From positions 1-53,620 of the forward strand of contig JADIIX010000148.1 in assembly GCA_027604505.1 (NCBI GenBank): a stretch of DNA of 53,620 nucleotides. Reading direction: 5' to 3'. This document shows, piece after piece, positions 47,430-53,620 of the stretch. Numbering within the stretch: the stretch's first letter is position 1; each line of letters begins with the position of its first letter. A program made the position numbers and the translations under genes. Origin of the DNA: Gonapodya sp. JEL0774 (lineage: Eukaryota). Under the pieces are notes generated by a model that was not told the origin of the DNA, searched no databases, and worked only from the letters and a program-made list of their open reading frames with translations.

Positions 47430-50400
47430 TCACATTTGTTGATATCGATGCACTTGCAAGCGGGTTTTATGGGTGATCCCTGTCCGTCCGGTCACTCCCA
47501 TGTCTGCAAGTGCTGCCTTCGCTGCCGCCGTGCTCGCCTCCATTGCGGCAACATCAACTTCTGTCAGTCGTGCGATAGGTCCAGTATACCATTTGCGTGC
47601 GCTGAAATGCCATGATGCCCACTACAAAACGGGGAAATCGTGCGTTACCGATTGTTGGAGCTGACCCCCAATATACTCACGGTGAAGAAGAAGACGACAG
47701 CACCCATGACCGATGCATAATTAAAATTATCAGAAGTCACTGGAAATATACTGTAGAAGTGCCAGAGTCAAACACAATGGACCAAGTTTAACTCCGTGTT
47801 CTGTTCATCCCAGAGGAGGAGTACCTACTATGGCAAACACAGCACAACCGACAGTAAGCACACCCAGCATATTGAAATCCACCCCATAAAAGTAGAAAAG
47901 GGTCCCAAACTAAATTCTCCTCTCTAGATTTGGTAGGTGAACACCAGAGCGCGTCGTATGAGCCGAAGCTATGAAGTGCCCAGAAATCAAGTGCTCACGA
48001 CAAACATTTCACGCGCAAAAGCCAGCTTGCAAAAAGTTGGTAGCGCGTACTGCTCAAAAGATTTCATCACGCGACCAGGAAGCACATCTGAGCGACCTCA
48101 GTAAACAATCACTCACAGCCACCATCAGGCCTAGTGTAGTAATAGAGATAGCTCCCTGAACTCCTTGAGCGCTTCCAAATCCAAGAGCGAGAATAAGAGT
48201 AGCAACTAAGCGCGAACCACAATTGGTGAGTCCGTGAAGCTCAGCCTACAGAAAGAAAATCAAACATTGACGCACCAAAGCACCCTAGCCAAACAGTTAG
48301 CACAGGGAGTCGCGTGACAGGGTGAAGCCATCTCAATTTAGAGGAGACTCGAGGGCCGAAACCGTCATCGCGTGCAAAGGCGTACACTAAATATAACATA
48401 CCACGCAGGAACATGACCGATAAGAATGGAGAAATACGAGCGGGAACTGAAAAGAGCGTTGACTCACTCATCCTGGAGTTCCTGGTAGATGTACAGCGCA
48501 GCTGATCAGCTTCCCTCACTTAAGAGAGTGTCGAAGGGGTATTACTCACGCAGTGTTTGTTGCAAGACCACAAAAATAAACGGCAATTCCCACTATGGTG
48601 GTCAAAATTGTTGAAATGACGGGACTATTGGTGGCATCTAAGGGGTAGAGTTAAAATGGTCTCTCGATAATCATGGTCGAAGGCCGGACTCCTCACTTAA
48701 GAAGAGCCCCATCGGGGTTAATGCAAATCGTCCATCCCAGCCCACCACTGTTTCAACGTCTTGAACAGCGGTCAGCATGCCTTAGTGCGGGATAAGTATA
48801 TCGCTGACTGTCAATAACGACCCACAGAACACCACGCACAACTTACCGATAAGCAGAAACAAGCCGCAGAGACTGGACGTGGCAACCGAATAAATGATTC
48901 CTTTGGGAGCATCTTTGTAAGCGTTGATAGTTTCTGAGATGAGAATTGTGTCAGCACCAATGAGCATCACAAAAACACCTCCACGAACACTTCACCTTCG
49001 GAGAGATGCGCTGAGGCGTCGTATCCTAGATAGATTAAAATGAATAATTGAGCATTTTGGTAACCGTTGAGGTAAATGAGGTCTCCGCTCTGCCTTTGTT
49101 GTATGATATGTTGCAGTTATGCTCAAACGTGATACCCACCTACGAATGACCAACTGGGGATAATCAGACTGAGTAGAACAGCAAAGCCTAAATTCTCTTG
49201 CCCAGTGTAGTTGAAGACGGTGGTAAAGATGAATTCTGGACTCTAATAAGCAATGACTCAGGAATTGGAAACTAGGCAAGGGCATTGAATCTCGCAGGAA
49301 ACACAGGATCGATACACACCTGGCGGGACGGAGAAACTACCATCAAAGTGACAACAATGGTAATCTGTAAGGTGTTTGATGAAAAGGCGGTTCTCTGTAC
49401 GGGAGGGATCAGAACATTGGGAATTTACGAACCGTCCCCACAATCTGTATGAATATGGCTGCCAGGATCACGATCAAACAAGGCAACGTCTTTCATCCCG
49501 GAGATTCTGCGTTTGATGACTTACCAAACTCCATCACCCTCGCCAATACAATATCATTTGTGGAATTGATGGCTCCCCAGGTGACAACGAGAAAGATTGC
49601 CAAGAGCGTGATTTGCCATCCAGTGGGATCAAAATCAGACAAGTGCACTTCCGACAATATTCAGTTCGGTGGCTTTAAGAACCTGATTCATTCCTTTGCA
49701 ACTCACCTCGCACACAAGAGAACACGAGCAACGACAGTCCATACGCAACGGAGGATATTCCACCAGTTTCTCCAAACAAATTAAACCAAGCAGTGTACCA
49801 TCTGAATTGTCATGACACGGCAGTCATCAGTTGCTGCTTGCTTTGCCAATGAATCATGAAGGAATACCGACGATAGTACGGGTCCGTAACGTGGACCTGC
49901 AAGTTTTGCACTCCAGTAGTAGAGACCACCCGAACATGGAAATGCAGAGCAGATTTCGGCGAGTGCAAAGGAGACTGTTTATCCGGAGCATCTGTCCGTC
50001 CAGCGTTTACTGTGATGACAGGAGACCGGGATAGGTGACTCACCACACAGATTCAACACCCCAACTAAAAGCCACCCCCAGAATAACGCCGCTGGGCCCC
50101 CATAAGCCAGACCGATGCCAACGAACACAGTGGCTCCCAAAGGGCACAGATGCGTGATTGAGAATCCAAAATTGTGTCTGAAGTCACGGCAACGTAAGCG
50201 ATACGAAAGATGTACGGAAGGCGATGGATGGAATCTCACGTCCATCGAAAAGTTCGTCTGAATGCTAAGAAAACAAAAAGAACGGAAGAAACAGATTGCC
50301 TCGTACGTATGACCTTGGGCAAGGTCCGGAACCAAAAAGATTTACCCACACTGCCCGTAACCCATCTGCAGGACGAGGGAGAGATCATAGATTCAGTACC

Positions 50401-50563
50401 ATGATCGACAGGTCGATGCTTCCACCTTTACTTTGACTTTACCAGGAATGTTCCTACTCACCCGTGCAAGGCGCACCTCATCCTCTGAAATCGTTATCAA
50501 TCGCTCAAGCTGAGCTGCAGAAGAATCACCCTGAACTTGCTCCGTTCGCATCCACATAGCCAT
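47430..50563 (-). CDS. APC-family amino acid/GABA/polyamine permease (UGA4/HNM1/TPO5-like group), many small exons
   Basis: EDEVRLAR|MGY, HNFGFS, GLAYGGPAALFWGWLLVG, SETINAYKDAPKGII, ANSRMMYAFARDDG, LHPVTRLPV, FPVTSDNFNYASV, ARKWYTGP. Not all micro-exons resolved. Confidence 0.85.
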
Positions 50564-51251
50564 CTTTCCAATCCGTAAGAGAGTATGGAAAGACCCGCAC
50601 AACCCGGTGAATCCTCGTCATCCCCCAGCAAACCGTGAGGCAGAGTTGAGAGGCTTTTATTCCGCCCAATATATTATGCCATCACAGCAACAGAAAGTTT
50701 TGATCAGATATGACTCTCTACAGTAACACCGACAATGTTTTTTCAAGACTTCGCCTATGACTCTTGGCTTCCCGACTTTGTGGTTGTTCATCTTCACTGG
50801 TTCATGGCATCCCAAGTTTCCAAACAAGCCGCCAGCTCGTGTGTTTCTCAACGCGTCTCACCATCGCAGGGTGAACGCATCTATGGGCTCCCATTGTGTC
50901 ACCACCATGCGTTTTCATTACATATATATAATGGCCTGCTGCCGGAACAATCCCGATTTGGTCAAGTTTTTTTCATCAGCAATATTGCCCAATAACCGGC
51001 TAAGATTCTGCTAGCGCCCAGCTTATGGCAGCACTATTGCCATCATCAAGCTCGGAAGCGATGATATGGTGTGTACGTCGACCCCTAATCCTATTTTCTA
51101 CCCAGTTATGCGCATAAATACATTGGGAATTGTAATGCTATGAAATTCACCCTCTTTTTCCAAACATTCTTTGATGTCGGTTGTTAATCGAGATCTGACT
51201 AACCTGATCGGCGCCGGATCGAGTTTATCACACACCACAACTTCGCGAACG

Positions 51252-52379
51252 ATGCTTGCCGACAAGAATTTTGTTTTCGGATACGGTTCATTAATACGTG
51301 CGGTAGGATTGTGCGATGCCTCGAAAGTCAGCCGCCTGGATTGACGCAGGAGACTGGGTCCACTCCTCTCGTTTGTGAAGGATTCCCGGTCTCGAACAGC
51401 ACCTCCGAATCTTATTTATCCCCCAATTCCAGTTCTCGCCCACTCTTTGAGGAGGATGTGGTCTGTCCGGGACGTTGAGCGGCGTTACACGTGTCTGGGG
51501 TGTCTGCATGTTGAATGTCCCTGCGAGGACGATGTTCATTGGAAGAGCTGCCAGAACGTGGTGAACGGTGTGGTTTTCTATGTGGGATCAGAACAGGACA
51601 TGGTTGCTTATGGTAAGACCTGTACAGTGTCGTTCCAACGTTTGTCCTCTTGACAATTTCTTATTCCGATACATGATATACATAACCCTCGACTACCTCG
51701 CCGACAAGACGTGCGCGAGACAGGGGTGAGCATAGCTGCACCACTGTGCGATTCCCGGAAAGTCTGATCTTGGTCTTCACACCTGCAGTATAGTCGAGTA
51801 CTCCTTGATCCGCGAAACATTGTCCTTCATCCCTCCCCGGCCAATAAATACAATATCTCCGCAACTGAAGCACCAGAATGGCTTTTTGCTTCCGACACTC
51901 GTATCTGGGTGTACGTGCATTCCAGCTTGGAGGATGTGTTTCTTCCGACAGCGATGTATCCGGTGATCCAATCGTACGTTGATATTGTCGTTGCTGGCTG
52001 CCTAGAATGGGATGAAAAGTTCGCAAAAGACTTTGTACGTGAGTGTACCCACAATGACAGGTCAATCCAACAATCCAGTTATATTGACTCGGAGTCCACT
52101 TCAGGGCTGACATGGCTCCACACGTATCAGCAAATTGCCGCCTCCCTTCATAACTTCGGTGGATGTGGCCAAAGATGTTCGATCTCAACTATAGGCGAAG
52201 CGCTTGAAGTTGAATCGGTACGCACCACGACCCTGCGAGGTGATTCGTGCACCTGTGTCTCTTGGCTGAACGACCGGGAAGAACCCCGCTATGAGAGAGC
52301 GGAAGGTGGCATTTCTTACGCTGCAATAGATTCGATCCTAGGTGATGTTGTACATTCTCGTCGTGATAGGTGGGAATAG
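51252..52379 (+). CDS. gamma-glutamylcyclotransferase-like (GGCT/ChaC/AIG2 fold) protein
   Basis: N-terminal MLADKNFVFGYGSLI, VNGVVFYV, micro-exon DVRETG|YSRV (catalytic-type D-x-R-E..Y), YPVIQSYVDIVVAGCL, WLNDREEPRY. Confidence 0.75.
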
Positions 52380-53620
52380 AACTTGACAACAACCGACACA
52401 TAACATATTGTTATCCCACCTGAGAAAGATCCACCAACAACCACACTTTTTCCACATCAAGGTCAACTTATAGGTCTGTGTCATTGTACGGCAAGGGCTT
52501 TGTTAAGGTCATTGTACAATATCAAACCCCCGTTTCTGTGAAACGCCAGAACTTCTCCGAGCGTTGTGTGGTCTGACTGAGAGACATGCTGGACTTCCTC
52601 AATATGAATGATTATAACGCTGTGGGACTTTGTCATATCCTTCCACGGACGGACGAGGAAAAGTTTTGAGCAAGTCCCTCTCCTAGTATATCTGTTTGTT
52701 TAAAAACTGGGCGAGCAAATGGTCTTCGAGTACGGAAAAAACGGCAGCAGTCGAGTTACTGGTGGAGTGCGAAACCTATTACTGTATTATTGGAGCCATT
52801 GTCTAGAACAACCAGAACAATCGCGATGTTGACGATCTTCATTATGTCCACAACGCATTTCCACTTCCTTCAACCATGTCCACCACCACTCCTGAATCGT
52901 ATTCCCCTCTCGCCCATGGAGTTTAATGACTCAGTCATGGTCCCACCTATTCCATCCACACATCCGCCCTCCACCACATGCAGGACGCTTGGAATCGAGC
53001 AATCCTGTACATATCGCAAGTACCACATCAGCCTCTCCACGGACGCAGTCTTTTTCCATTTCGGACCTCCAAGTCCAGAAACTCGAAGAACACGGCTGTT
53101 GCACGCGTCCGCATCATCATCCCGCCCTCCTCTTCCCCCCCTTTCGAAACTCACAATCACTCTGCGATAGATTCGCCTCCCCCATCAGCACTTTCGCGAG
53201 CCACGCTGGTCCCTTGACCACACTGCGAAACCACCTCTCAATGCCGCTCCTCTCCTTTTCCCTTCACTGACGTCTGTGCCAACACAGATCCCCACTGTAT
53301 TCCAACATACACCTCTACCAATTTTTCTGCATCCAGTGACGGTAGTTCCATCCGGTCAAGTCAACGCAGCCATGCCAGTGGGGCAAACTCGAGAATCGTA
53401 GTCCACGTCACCCGATTCTTTCGTCTTCGACATTCCAACTCCCGTTCAGCCTCTGCAATTTTGACAGACCGCAAAGTGCGCGAGAATCCCTCCGATGAGC
53501 AACGCGCGGGCTCCGGCTCGAGCAGAAAGAGAGGAGCCACTTTTGTCACGCCTAGGAGACTCTGACCAATAGAGATGTATCATGTGAATATACAGCAAGG
53601 AAAATAGGCGGCTAGAGTCC

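Noticed and set aside
1..53620. CRISPR arrays, rRNA/tRNA genes, transposase or reverse transcriptase genes
   Set aside because: None recognised by eye; a tRNAscan-SE, Rfam or RepeatModeler run would be needed to exclude small or degenerate elements.
52790..53620. Short ORFs at the window end
   Set aside because: No recognisable domain; may belong to a gene extending beyond the window.

Overview
Intron-rich eukaryotic DNA with short GT-AG introns and micro-exons, so the six-frame ORF track fragments most genes. Gene content points to an early-diverging zoosporic fungus; Gonapodya-like is my inference from the GH5_34 genes and is not proven. In order: the 3' part of a secreted-type Ser/Thr-stalk protein ending in three Trp/Cys repeats (1-2036); an uncharacterised membrane protein; an LRR-stalk-TM-SH3 receptor-like gene; a head-to-head pair of bacterial-type GH5 subfamily 34 arabinoxylanase genes, one carrying the same three repeats; a fungal-specific transcription factor; two Ser/Pro-rich genes; a decay zone (BUD23, ankyrin and two BTB pseudogenes around an intact F-box/ankyrin gene); two type-II membrane stalk proteins and a similarly built expansin-like DPBB gene; a multi-TM class-3 lipase; a double-RING protein; an APC amino-acid permease; and a GGCT-like gene. 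The main candidate novelty is an unrecognised ~39-aa module (R-[TS]-C-D-x-I-Y...G...D-x-x-D-W-x-x-W-x-C-x-x-W-F-P-x-G-I). It occurs in triplicate at the C-termini of two proteins about 10 kb apart and is encoded by a conserved ~100-nt exon + 14-nt micro-exon cassette that the ORF track mostly misses. It may be a new carbohydrate-binding or dockerin-like module. Family assignments come from motif recognition and memory, not searches.
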